Virus record (IMG/VR): IMGVR_UViG_3300044260_000022
Coordinates: 1-40,516 of that record
Length of the DNA: 40,516 nucleotides
Source: a virus
Taxonomy: Duplodnaviria; Caudoviricetes
Strand: one strand, 5' to 3'
How positions within the stretch are numbered: the first letter of the stretch is position 1; every line of letters starts with the position of its first letter. The notes beneath the pieces are model-generated. The model saw nothing but the letters and a program-made list of their open reading frames with translations, was not told the origin of the DNA and searched no databases. This document shows, in pieces, positions 25,601 through 33,448 of the stretch. Made by a program: the position numbers and the translations under genes.

Positions 25601-27423
25601 ACGCCCGTAAGCGTCGTCGCGCCGGTGCCGCCCGACGCAACGACCAGCGTCGAGGAGAGGCCGGCCGCCGTTCCCGACGTGTTCGCCGCGATCGTCGCCG
25701 GGAGATCGCCCGAGGCGATCGTGCCCCATACCGGGGCCTGCGCCGCGGCACCGGTGCCCGTGCTCGAGAGGTATTGCTTCGTGGTCGTCGTGTTCCCGGC
25801 GAGCCGGGTGTTCGTCCCGGCGCCGTTCGCGTAGATGAGGTCGCCGGTCGTGGTCGTCGGGGCGAGCGCATTGAACGCGGCGCCGGCCGTCGTCTGCCCG
25901 GTTCCGCCCGAGCCGATCGCGAGCGTCGCCGAGAGGCCGGCGGCGGTGCCCGACGTGTTCGAGGAGATCGACGCGGGAATGTCGGCCGAGACGAGGGCGG
26001 CCCACTGCGGAGCCGTCGCGAGGCCGGCCGAGCCCGTCGAACGGAGGAACTGGTTCGTGGATGTCGTGTTCCCGGCGAGCCGCGTCCTCGTGCCGGCGGC
26101 GCCGCCGTAGATCGTGTCGCCGAGAGTTGACATCGGGGAGAGGGCGTCGAAGGCCCCGGCGACCGTCGTCGCGCCCGTGCCGCCGAACCCGATGCCGAGG
26201 GTGCCCTGCAACGTGAGGGTCCCGGCGCCGACAATCGGCGAGCCGGAGAAAGACATGCCGGTGCCGCCGCCCGAGGCGGCGACGCTCGTGACGGTGCCGA
26301 CGGCGCTCGCCGCGTCCCACTGGGTTCCCGTCCACGTGAGGACCTGATTCGAGGTCGGCGTCGTGTTCCCGAGCGGCCGGCCCCGGAGCCCGAGGACGGT
26401 GACGGCGAGGCCAGAGCTCGAGGCGTCGCCCGTCATGCTCGCCGAGAGGCTCGAGGCCGTCGAGGCGTTCCCGACGAGGGCGCCCGTGATGGTGCCGGCG
26501 GTGAAGTTGTTCGAGCCGTCCCGGCGAACGATCGTCGAGGGCGTGTTCGCCGAGGTTGCCGCGTTCGCGAGAACTGCCCCCGCAGCGACGTTCGCGGCCG
26601 TCTGCCCGCCGACCGACGCGACCGAGGGCGACGGGAGCGTGCCCGAAAGATCGCCCCCGAGGGCGCCCACGTTCGTCGCGGCGACGCCCGCCGCGAGCGT
26701 CGGCGACGGGTAGGTCCCGGTGAGAGCTCCGCCGGCCGCCCCGAGGTTCGCCGCCGCGGCGCCCGTGCCGAGCTGCGTCGACGTGACGCCGCCGGCGGAG
26801 ATCCCGACAATCGGGACCGTCGCGGTGCCCGTGACGGAGATCCCGGTGCCGCCCGTGATCGAGGACACGGCGGTCCCGGCGACAATGCTCTGGCACGTGT
26901 ACGAGCTCGAGCCCGAGGAGTAGACCCGGGCCTGCCCGTTCGTGCAATTGCCCGCGGCCAGCGTTTGCCCGCGGAGCCCGACGACGGTCGGGTTCGGGCT
27001 CGAGCCCGTGAGATCGCCGCCCATCGAGGGCCCCGTCGTCGAGAGGATGGTCGCCGGCACGAGCGTCCCGCGGTTGTAGAGGGTGAGCGACGAGAACGCC
27101 GCCGGGCACTGCGCGCCCGTCGGGATGACCGTGTCTTTCGCGATGCCGACCGCCGGAATGTCGACCTGCGCGTTGAGGCCTTGCACCAGCGTGAGACTCC
27201 ACGCCCCGCCCGCGGCGGTGACCGTCGTGAGATCCTGAGTCGCCAGCGCCGCGCCCGTCGTTGCGAGGACGGGCGACACGACGCGGAACCGGACCTGCGT
27301 CCCGACGACCGGGTTCGATCCGCCGTCGAGGACGGTTCCCGACACGACGCAAACGGCCGGCGACTGAGCGGCGGCCGGCGCGGCGAGGCCGAGCGCGAGG
27401 AGGAGGAGGAGAATCCGTTTCAT
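22699..27423 (-). CDS. large fibre/adhesin-like protein with Sec signal peptide
   Basis: 1574 aa, Gly/Thr/Ala-rich, with GGTG repeats and GNVGIGT-type repeats; starts MKRILLLLLALGLAAPAAA. Confidence 0.8.
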   Translation of the reverse strand: MKRILLLLLALGLAAPAAAQSPAVCVVSGTVLDGGSNPVVGTQVRFRVVSPVLATTGAALATQDLTTVTAAGGAWSLTLVQGLNAQVDIPAVGIAKDTVIPTGAQCPAAFSSLTLYNRGTLVPATILSTTGPSMGGDLTGSSPNPTVVGLRGQTLAAGNCTNGQARVYSSGSSSYTCQSIVAGTAVSSITGGTGISVTGTATVPIVGISAGGVTSTQLGTGAAAANLGAAGGALTGTYPSPTLAAGVAATNVGALGGDLSGTLPSPSVASVGGQTAANVAAGAVLANAATSANTPSTIVRRDGSNNFTAGTITGALVGNASTASSLSASMTGDASSSGLAVTVLGLRGRPLGNTTPTSNQVLTWTGTQWDAASAVGTVTSVAASGGGTGMSFSGSPIVGAGTLTLQGTLGIGFGGTGATTVAGAFDALSPMSTLGDTIYGGAAGTRTRLAGNTTSTNQFLRSTGSAGLATAPQWAALVSADIPASISSNTSGTAAGLSATLAIGSGGTGQTTAGAAFNALAPTTTTGDLIYANGAGTNTRLAGNTTTTKQYLSSTGTGAAAQAPVWGTIASGDLPATIAANTSGTAAGLSSTLVVASGGTGATTLTGVVHASGTSPMTAGAVALGSEVSGQLPVANGGTGQATAAAGYNALAPTTTLGDLAYANGAGTNTRLAGNTTATKQFLTQTGNGSVSAAPAWGAIAAGDVPNLDASKITTGAFGVAQLPNLAGDVTGTITANTVSKIQGNNFLAGVPSNGQVPQWVTANNRWEPTTITTGGVSSVNGSGGTTGLTLTGGGTGAVTLTLGGTLGIANGGTGAATASSAFSALSPMTTLGDVIYGGASGLGTRLAGNATTTPMFLRSTGTGAAANAPTFSQVNAATDLAGVLPTASGGTNASSWTTGSIPYLSNATTFAQDNTNLFWDGVNHRLGLGTATPVAPLHVAGNAAVTGTLGIGTTSPSTNVQINSATGPVLRLFNTASGFAASLWLQGNTGLGTTYGSTIYHYDFASASGTDLGYGLHFRVGSSSQGMSFGKTTTTTGQDTQADTVWMTLNGTSGALGMGTTTPGAGYTATGATNLVELTSPNLSGTSLILGGSQTADGTLGDLTFGNAAIGTTDNRVGLLRFSRSGANNSGKFDVFTRNAGAFINALTISPAGNVGIGATAPRTFAEIAGAVSPAGFLAPIVNLALTDTTAMAANVGGSLSFLGKYTSGGAFTEFAAIGAAKDNATTGDYGGGLAFYTRTNGSGPWVVKVNPAMFIDSSQRVGIGTAAPAVALDVAGAHDIRAVTAPAAAPASTARLYYDSGAQQLKISQNGGSYVNLLGAGGVSGNGTTDQLAVWTGGTTLGGFSGVVRSSGTGYIGINQGTPGQQLDVNGTVRMEAVAAPGGQANGDTWTDSTQKSLTSVQAGVAQNLSGVVFTQTNSVTVTNTVAETTLMGTGIGTKTLPANFWTVGKTVRFEVSGVIPLANVAGTSYTFKFKCGAVTIPAAAVVGAYPGQGLPWKAEFILTARTIGAGGTVIGQGKIEVGNVGTRFFPMTAVAAIDTTTTGLLDFTVTPTAATALESWMSTNAVITVLN

Positions 27424-28172
27424 CGTTTGCCCCTTTTCGCGTACTGCAACATGCCGGGCGGAAGGCCGACGCCCGGGGTCGTCGGCCGGAGGCGTGGTTC
27501 CTGCCAGCCCCGGAGCGTCGGCACGTGGCCGCTCGAGCTCGAGGAGAGCGGGTCGAACGTGGCGACCAGCGTGCCGGCGATCGGAACGCCGGCGCCCGAG
27601 ACGGTGCCGGCCGCGGTTCCGGTGAGGGCCCCGAGGCTCGAGGAGCTCGAGCCCGTCGCCGGGGCCGAGCCCGAGGCCGTGCCCGTGAGGGCCCCGAGCG
27701 TCGCGGCCGTCGTGCCGGTCGCGGGCGCCGAGCCGGAGGCCGTGCCGGTGAGAGCGCCGAACGTGGAGGAGCTCGTGCCCTTCGCCGGCGCCGAGCCCGA
27801 GGCGGTCCCGGTGAGAGCTCCGAACGTGGAGGAGCTCGAGCCCGTGGCGGGAGCCGAGCCAGCCGCGGTGCCGGTGAGGGCGCCGAACGTCGCCGAGAGC
27901 GTGCCGGTGACGGAGCCCCCGGGCGTCGTGACGGTTCCCGTCGCCGAGCCCGTGAGCGCGCCGAGCGTGCTCGAGGTTGTGCCCGTGATCGGGGAGAGGA
28001 GGGCCCCATCGTTCGTGCCGTGGAGCACGACGGTCGACGCCGCCGGATTCGCGAACACGGTGATCGCGGCGAACGCGACGGCCGCGAGCGGCGATGGCCT
28101 CGAGCGGAGAACGATCGTCGAGGGCGAGGCCTCGCCCGCCTCAACGACGACCGAAAACGCCGGGTCGCTCAT
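27420..28172 (-). CDS. Gly/Thr/Ser repeat virion protein
   Basis: About six GALTGTAxG repeats with roughly 20-aa period. Confidence 0.7.
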   Translation of the reverse strand: MSDPAFSVVVEAGEASPSTIVLRSRPSPLAAVAFAAITVFANPAASTVVLHGTNDGALLSPITGTTSSTLGALTGSATGTVTTPGGSVTGTLSATFGALTGTAAGSAPATGSSSSTFGALTGTASGSAPAKGTSSSTFGALTGTASGSAPATGTTAATLGALTGTASGSAPATGSSSSSLGALTGTAAGTVSGAGVPIAGTLVATFDPLSSSSSGHVPTLRGWQEPRLRPTTPGVGLPPGMLQYAKRGKR

Positions 28173-28639
28173 GCGCCCGTGAGCGTGTTCACCGTCACGC
28201 CTTGCCGGTTGTTTCCGAAGTCGAAGGCCACGATGTAGTAGGTCGTGGTCGTGTCACTCACGCCGAAATCGTACTGGCCGCCCGCCGCCGAGACCGTGTC
28301 ATACATCCACGCGTCGTCACTCGTGCGGAACAGAGAACACACCGCGTTCGTGATCGGGTTTCCGCCGGCGTCTTGAACGATGCCGGTGATTCGGTACGGG
28401 AGGTTCGACCAGCCCCCGTAGCGAATCCGGTCGTCCCAACACGTTGCAAGGGCGAGGACGCCGCCGACCCCGCCGGCGCCGTCGAGGATTTGGAAGTTTT
28501 GCCCGAGCATCGGATCGGTCCACGGCGGCCAGTAGTTGAGCCCCTCGGACACGACCGGGTCGCCGATCTGGTATTCGAGCTCGCGGTCGTCCTTCCGCCG
28601 GAGGGCGACCGAAAGCATGATGTTGACGAGGGTGCTCAT
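28169..28639 (-). CDS. putative virion protein with carboxypeptidase-regulatory-like domain
   Basis: YRITGIVQDAGGNPITNAVCSLF...GGQYDF; ATGA overlaps. Confidence 0.65.
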   Translation of the reverse strand: MSTLVNIMLSVALRRKDDRELEYQIGDPVVSEGLNYWPPWTDPMLGQNFQILDGAGGVGGVLALATCWDDRIRYGGWSNLPYRITGIVQDAGGNPITNAVCSLFRTSDDAWMYDTVSAAGGQYDFGVSDTTTTYYIVAFDFGNNRQGVTVNTLTGA

Positions 28640-29070
28640 TCGCCGATCGTCGCGTAACAGTCGAGGAGGTTGTTCGCGAGGATGTTCCAGAGCACGAGCG
28701 ACGAGGAGAGCGCGATGGTGAGGCCTCGCGGGAATCCGAGGATGAGACCGTTGCCGACGCCGGCCGCTGCGCCGGCTCGCCGATAGAACGCGGTCGGCAC
28801 CGTCGGCTTGGTCGTCCACTGGGTCGCGACGAGCACGGCCGCCGCCGGGTCGGCCGTCTCCTCCGCCAGCATTTTCGTCGGCGAGATCGGCCCGATGCCG
28901 ATCGCCGCCGGCACGCCGAGACCGATCTGCATCGCCGAGGCCGCCGCCGCGGCCTGCAACATCCCGAGCTCGAGGAGCCGCGGCTTGTCGCTCGAGGTCG
29001 ACCGGAGCTCGGCGCAAGGGAGCGAGACCGTGCCGTCGAGCGTTCGGAACGAGAGGTCGTACCGTGCCAT
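28636..29070 (-). CDS. putative virion protein (paralogue of 29313-29741)
   Basis: MARYDLS..RLLELG..PAAIG..W..PT.PT..GLILGFPRG. Confidence 0.7.
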   Translation of the reverse strand: MARYDLSFRTLDGTVSLPCAELRSTSSDKPRLLELGMLQAAAAASAMQIGLGVPAAIGIGPISPTKMLAEETADPAAAVLVATQWTTKPTVPTAFYRRAGAAAGVGNGLILGFPRGLTIALSSSLVLWNILANNLLDCYATIGE

Positions 29071-29074
29071 GCCC

Positions 29075-29308
29075 TTAACTCCTCGCCTCGACGATGAGGC
29101 GCTCGCGCGTCTCGCGGATTTCGTCGGGCCGCTTGAAGGTGTACGTGTCGAGGCGCCGCCCGTCGACCTTGATCGAGAGCATCGGCGAGGTGTCGCGGGA
29201 TTTGCAGAACGGGCACGGCGCGCGTTCTCCCGAGAGCCACGAGGTCTTCGCCGGGAGGACGAAGGCCCGGTAGCACGCGGAGCAGATGAACTCTTTCGCG
29301 CCGCCCAT
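29075..29308 (-). CDS. small Zn-ribbon protein
   Basis: CSAC...CPFC. Confidence 0.6.
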   Translation of the reverse strand: MGGAKEFICSACYRAFVLPAKTSWLSGERAPCPFCKSRDTSPMLSIKVDGRRLDTYTFKRPDEIRETRERLIVEARS

Positions 29309-29312
29309 CGTT

Positions 29313-29741
29313 CTACTCGTCGGCCACGAAGTAGATGTCGGAGACGCCGGTCGCGCCGGAGTTGTGGTACACGAGCGAGCCGTTCACGGCGACCGAAATC
29401 CCGCGCGGGAACGTGAGGATCAGCCCCGCCCCGATCGTGCCCGGGAGGTTGACGCGACGGAGCGAGGCCGTCGGCGCCGTGGGCGACGTGCCCCACGCGA
29501 GGGCCGTCTTGCACTCCGGGTTCGCGTCCGCCGTCTCCTCGGGGAGGAGGAGAATCGGCGTCGTCGGCGTGACGCCGATCGCCGCGGGCCGGCCGAACAG
29601 AAAGATCGAGGCGGTCGCGGCGCCCATGAAGACCCCGGTCTCGAGGAGCCGGTAGCGATGCGTCGCGCCGGCGATCAGCTCGATCGTCGCGTTCGCGGTC
29701 GTCGTGTTCGTTGTGCGGTTCGCGAGTGAGTAGATTGCCAC
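29313..29741 (-). CDS. putative virion protein
   Basis: AAGGAG RBS, GTG start; paralogous to 28636-29070. Confidence 0.7.
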   Translation of the reverse strand: MAIYSLANRTTNTTTANATIELIAGATHRYRLLETGVFMGAATASIFLFGRPAAIGVTPTTPILLLPEETADANPECKTALAWGTSPTAPTASLRRVNLPGTIGAGLILTFPRGISVAVNGSLVYHNSGATGVSDIYFVADE

Positions 29742-29750
29742 GGGCGCTCC

Positions 29751-30149
29751 TTATGCGTTCGCGTCGTTCAGGGTAAACGTCGTGATGTTGATCGTCTGCC
29801 CGTTCGCGATCACGTTGTTGTCGAGAGAGAGATCGCCGGAGCCGAGGCCCACGGTTCCCTGAAGGTGACACGTGGTGCCGGCGCTGTCCTTGATGCGGAA
29901 CGAGATCGCGGTGCCGGAGCCGGAGGCCGTGCCCGTCCACGTCCCGAGGAGCGTCTTCTGCCCGGAGCCCGCGGCGTTCATCCAATCGGCCGGGAGCGTG
30001 AGCTCGGCGATTTGCCCCGCCGGATCGGCCGACCCGCAGTTGGCCGGGACCGATCCGGTGAAGAGGCGGAGCTTCGCCGAGGTTCCCGTCGTGGATTCGA
30101 ACGCATCGAGCCGGGCGTTGCGGACGGCGACCGAGAGCTGCAGCGCCAT
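29751..30149 (-). CDS. conserved virion structural protein (decoration/minor-tail type)
   Basis: RNARLDA..KLRLFTG..P..GTA..FRI.D..QGTVG..GDL.LDN..I..GQ.INIT.F pattern. Confidence 0.7.
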   Translation of the reverse strand: MALQLSVAVRNARLDAFESTTGTSAKLRLFTGSVPANCGSADPAGQIAELTLPADWMNAAGSGQKTLLGTWTGTASGSGTAISFRIKDSAGTTCHLQGTVGLGSGDLSLDNNVIANGQTINITTFTLNDANA

Positions 30150-30150
30150 G

Positions 30151-30522
30151 TCATTTCCCCTTTTTCTGCGCGGCGACGAGGATCTCGTCGAGCTTCGTGT
30201 TCAATCGGTCCTGCCCGCGTTTGATTTCGTCGAGCTGCCGCGATACGTCGGACTTCCAAGCGTTGAATTCGTTCCGCTCGACGAAATCCTGCCGGAGTCG
30301 CCGGTCCTGTTCGGTGTTCGCGTCGGCCATCATCAATTTCGCGACGAACAGCGTCACGAGGACGAACGGCGTCAGCGCGCCGGCCACGATCGTCACGACG
30401 CGCATCGAGGTGAGGACGCCGAGGTCGGTGCGCCTGCCCGGGTTCCCGCTCGGGAGGCGGCCCTCAATGTCGGCCTCGGCCGCGTAGGAGACGTGCGTGT
30501 GCTCTTTCGTGTCGTCGCGCAT
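30151..30522 (-). CDS. single-TM coiled-coil protein (holin- or spanin-like)
   Basis: One TM segment, then LDEIKRGQDRLNTKLDEIL. Confidence 0.55.
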   Translation of the reverse strand: MRDDTKEHTHVSYAAEADIEGRLPSGNPGRRTDLGVLTSMRVVTIVAGALTPFVLVTLFVAKLMMADANTEQDRRLRQDFVERNEFNAWKSDVSRQLDEIKRGQDRLNTKLDEILVAAQKKGK

Positions 30523-30833
30523 CACGGCTCGTTTCTTTTCACGGCATCGGCGACGGCCGACGGCGAGACGGAGTCGGGAGAGCTCGGCTGCGTGATGCCG
30601 ATCTTTTCGCCGAAGTGATAGAAGTTGAGAGCGAGCGGCATCGTGAACCCGAGAACGAACCGCGCCCACCGCGGCGTCTCGGAGTAGGTCCACGTGAACT
30701 TGATCCCGGTGTTCACGAAGGTCGCGAGGGCGAACACGGCGAGGCCCCAACCGATCGCGGCCGGATGGTTGCAGATCGTTGTCACGGCCCATTCCGCGAC
30801 TTTCGAACCGAGATCCGCGAGCGCGACCGTCAC
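30522..30833 (-). CDS. putative holin
   Basis: 103 aa with about two hydrophobic segments. Confidence 0.45.
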   Translation of the reverse strand: MTVALADLGSKVAEWAVTTICNHPAAIGWGLAVFALATFVNTGIKFTWTYSETPRWARFVLGFTMPLALNFYHFGEKIGITQPSSPDSVSPSAVADAVKRNEP

Positions 30834-30837
30834 GGCG

Positions 30838-31032
30838 TCAGCTCTTGATTTTCTCGGCGAGCTGATCGCCGAGCGGGCCGGCGGCGGTGAGAATCGCCGC
30901 CGCCATGTTGAGGTAGTCGGAGGGCTTCGCGGTGTCCTTCGGCGGGAGGGCGGCGATCGCGGCCTCGGCCTTCTCGGCGAAGGTGAGGGCGGTCGGGAGG
31001 AGCGCGATTCCTTCGGGCAATGTGAGCGGCAT
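30838..31032 (-). CDS. hypothetical protein
   Basis: 64 aa, amphipathic; tightly packed. Confidence 0.55.
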   Translation of the reverse strand: MPLTLPEGIALLPTALTFAEKAEAAIAALPPKDTAKPSDYLNMAAAILTAAGPLGDQLAEKIKS

Positions 31033-31033
31033 G

Positions 31034-31210
31034 TCAGGCCCCCTTCTCAATCGGCCCGGGCTCGGGCGCGGGCTTGAGGTATGTGTCGTGGATGAGGTTG
31101 TTTTTCACTTGTTCGGTCGCGATGCCGGCGAGCTTGAGCCAGAAGTCGAGCCCGGCGGAGCCGAGCTTCGCGACGGCCTCCACGGCGGCGAGGAGCTCGG
31201 CGGCCGTCAC
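31034..31210 (-). CDS. hypothetical protein
   Basis: GTGA overlap; VTAAELLAAVEAVAKLGSAGLDFWLKL. Confidence 0.5.
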   Translation of the reverse strand: MTAAELLAAVEAVAKLGSAGLDFWLKLAGIATEQVKNNLIHDTYLKPAPEPGPIEKGA

Positions 31211-31644
31211 GGGAGCACCTTCCGCGTCGCCGCCTTCGCGGCCTTCTCGTCGGCCTCGAGGGCGGCGTCGTGAAGCGGCGTCGGCCCCGTCCTCGGGACG
31301 GAAGGTTTCGCCGCGGTCCAGTCGACGAACGACCGACGGTGAAGGTCGACGCGCCAGACCTCGAGCGCCGCACGGGCCTCGACGCACGGGGCCGGCGGCA
31401 CCGGAACGCGGCACGCGTCTTCGTAGCGGGCCTCGAGGAAATCGTAATCGTTCTGCGAGCGCGCGACGCTCATCGCCTCGCGCCCCGCGGCCGTCGAGCA
31501 GCCGAGCGATGCCACGAGGGCGAGGAGAGCCGAGAACCGGGCGTAGATGCCCGGGAGAAAAATCGCGGCACCGCCATCACGACGCGGGAGGAGTCGCGCC
31601 GCTTGCACCTTGATGACGGCACCGCGAAGGCCTGCCTGCTTCAT
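31207..31644 (-). CDS. putative lipoprotein
   Basis: RFSALLALVASLG|C lipobox; start uncertain. Confidence 0.55.
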   Translation of the reverse strand: MKQAGLRGAVIKVQAARLLPRRDGGAAIFLPGIYARFSALLALVASLGCSTAAGREAMSVARSQNDYDFLEARYEDACRVPVPPAPCVEARAALEVWRVDLHRRSFVDWTAAKPSVPRTGPTPLHDAALEADEKAAKAATRKVLP

Positions 31645-31862
31645 TCCGGCGCCTTCTCCGCCGAGGCGAACTTGACGGTGCGGTCGATGACCGCCGTGTC
31701 GTTGCCCTCGTCGGGCCGGGCCCGGCCGATCGCGCGGAACGTGATCGTCTGCGCCGCGTCGTCTTTCGCATGGATGAACCCATGCACGTAGGCCCCCGGC
31801 GCGATTTCGACCCGCGCCTCGTCGCCCTGTTTCAGATCCTTCACTTCGTCCCATGTCGTCAT
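31641..31862 (-). CDS. small beta-barrel-like hypothetical protein
   Basis: ATGA overlaps; GGAGG RBS. Confidence 0.6.
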   Translation of the reverse strand: MTTWDEVKDLKQGDEARVEIAPGAYVHGFIHAKDDAAQTITFRAIGRARPDEGNDTAVIDRTVKFASAEKAPE

Positions 31863-32467
31863 GCGGCCTCCTCCTCGCGCTGTTCGTCGCGCGTCACGGG
31901 CCTCGCGGCCCGGGTACAGTTGGGATGCCCGATCGGTTCGGCCTCGTACTCCTCGAGGTCCCATACCTCGCCGTCCACGTCGCAGATTTCCTCGCCGCAG
32001 CCGTCCTCGTCATAAATGACGACCTGCTCGACGCCGGCCTCGCGGAAGGCCTCCACGTGCCCCTGCGCCTCGGCGATCGCGAGCTCGGTGCGCGCGATCA
32101 TCGCGGCGCGATCGGGCCCGAAGAGACCGGACTCCTCGAGGAGCTCGGCGAAGTCTTGGTAGGAGAGGCCGTCGCGCACCGCCTCCACGAGAAGCGCCTG
32201 CGTCGCGTCTCGTGTCGTCTGATCGATAACCCATTCGGCGTTCGGGTTGTCCACGAGCTGCCCGTCGACCCACTTCTTGCCGACGAGCTCGGCGCCCCGG
32301 GCGGCGCCGTAGTCGACCGCCTTCGGCTCGAGGAGATCCCAGTCGACCGAGAGCTCGAACTCTGAGAGCGCGCCCTCGGCCCCGTCGCGGAAAATTCCAC
32401 GAAGGATCGGGGCCGCCTTCTCGGCGAGCTCCTCAGAGATCCCGTCGTCCCAAAGGCCGTCGGGCAT
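31859..32467 (-). CDS. MuF/SPP1 gp7-like minor head protein
   Basis: IDQTTR...RAAMIARTE...C..C...HPNCTR. Confidence 0.85.
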   Translation of the reverse strand: MPDGLWDDGISEELAEKAAPILRGIFRDGAEGALSEFELSVDWDLLEPKAVDYGAARGAELVGKKWVDGQLVDNPNAEWVIDQTTRDATQALLVEAVRDGLSYQDFAELLEESGLFGPDRAAMIARTELAIAEAQGHVEAFREAGVEQVVIYDEDGCGEEICDVDGEVWDLEEYEAEPIGHPNCTRAARPVTRDEQREEEAA

Positions 32468-33211
32468 TTAGAACGAGACCTCGCCGATGAACTGGTGGAC
32501 CGTGAGACTGTTCGCCGCGGCGTTCGTGCCCCACGTCGCCTGAAGGTGGAGCGCCTGCGCGACGGTGAGATCGGCCGTCACGGCGGTGAACGGCGTCGGG
32601 TTCGTGAGCTGCCAGTGCAGCGCGGTGATCGCCGTCGTGAAGTAGGTGAACAGGCCCGAGGACATGAGGGTGCCCGTCGCGCCAGTTGTGCGGCACGTGA
32701 TCTCGGCGTCGAGCTTCCAGAGCGTCGTGCCCGTGATCGTCGCCGTCGCTTGAACGCCCGTCGTCGCCACGACGGTCGAGCCGAGGAGGATCGCGATCGT
32801 GAGGTTCGGCGTGAGCGTGTTGGCGATCGAGCCGTAGGCCCTCACGCGGAGGGTGCGGCCGGCGAGGTTGAGGCGCCCCGGGTAGAGCGTCCCGCCCGGC
32901 TGCGCGTCGCTCGCGGGAAACGCCGCCGGCCCGAGGAGGGCGCCTTCGACGTTCGTCGCGGCGATGCTCGTGTTGTACGCGGTGCCGGCGGCCGGTTGCA
33001 CCGCGTCGACGCCGACCGGGAATCCGCGGTTCACGAGGAGCCGGCCGGAGGTTCCCGCCTGCGTTGCGCCGCCGAGCGAGACCATGCCGTCGGACATGCT
33101 GCCCTCGGCCGGGCCGGGAACGATCGAGCCGATCGTGTCGTCGGCCCCGAGGAGGAGGAGCCGGCCGTTCGCGAACGCGGCGCCGGAGGGCGAGGCTTTG
33201 AGGAGGGCCAT
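32468..33211 (-). CDS. virion protein with a domain resembling the fibre C-terminus
   Basis: GRTLRVRAYG...WKLDAEITCRTTGATGT resembles fibre GKTVRFEVSG...WKAEFILTARTIGAGGT. Confidence 0.65.
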   Translation of the reverse strand: MALLKASPSGAAFANGRLLLLGADDTIGSIVPGPAEGSMSDGMVSLGGATQAGTSGRLLVNRGFPVGVDAVQPAAGTAYNTSIAATNVEGALLGPAAFPASDAQPGGTLYPGRLNLAGRTLRVRAYGSIANTLTPNLTIAILLGSTVVATTGVQATATITGTTLWKLDAEITCRTTGATGTLMSSGLFTYFTTAITALHWQLTNPTPFTAVTADLTVAQALHLQATWGTNAAANSLTVHQFIGEVSF

Positions 33212-33214
33212 GAG

Positions 33215-33448
33215 TCAGTCTCCTTTTCCACGAACGACCAGAGATTCGAGCGCCGGCGAGAGGAGCCGGTGCCCGACGATGTTCATTTCGATCCAGCCCC
33301 CGGGCGGCGTCGCGTAGGCCCACTGCCGGATTTTTTCGGCGAGGCGGAGCGCGGCGTCGCGGCGGGCGTGAATCGTCTGCACGACCGGCGCGTCCTCGGA
33401 GCTCGAGAGCGGGCGCGGTTCGTCGATTCGGAAGTCGGTCGCGTTCAC
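33215..33448 (-). CDS. hypothetical protein
   Basis: GTGA overlap with the portal stop; GGAGG RBS. Confidence 0.55.
   Translation of the reverse strand: MNATDFRIDEPRPLSSSEDAPVVQTIHARRDAALRLAEKIRQWAYATPPGGWIEMNIVGHRLLSPALESLVVRGKGD

Noticed and set aside
27590-27970. Periodic ~60-bp repeats as a CRISPR-like array
   Set aside because: They are in-frame coding repeats (GALTGTASG) with no unique spacers.
19124-28144. Very long alternative-frame ORFs (1138 aa at 19124-22540, 1003 aa at 25133-28144, and many plus-strand ORFs)
   Set aside because: Arg/Pro/Gly-rich shadow frames of high-GC genes, with no motifs or RBS.
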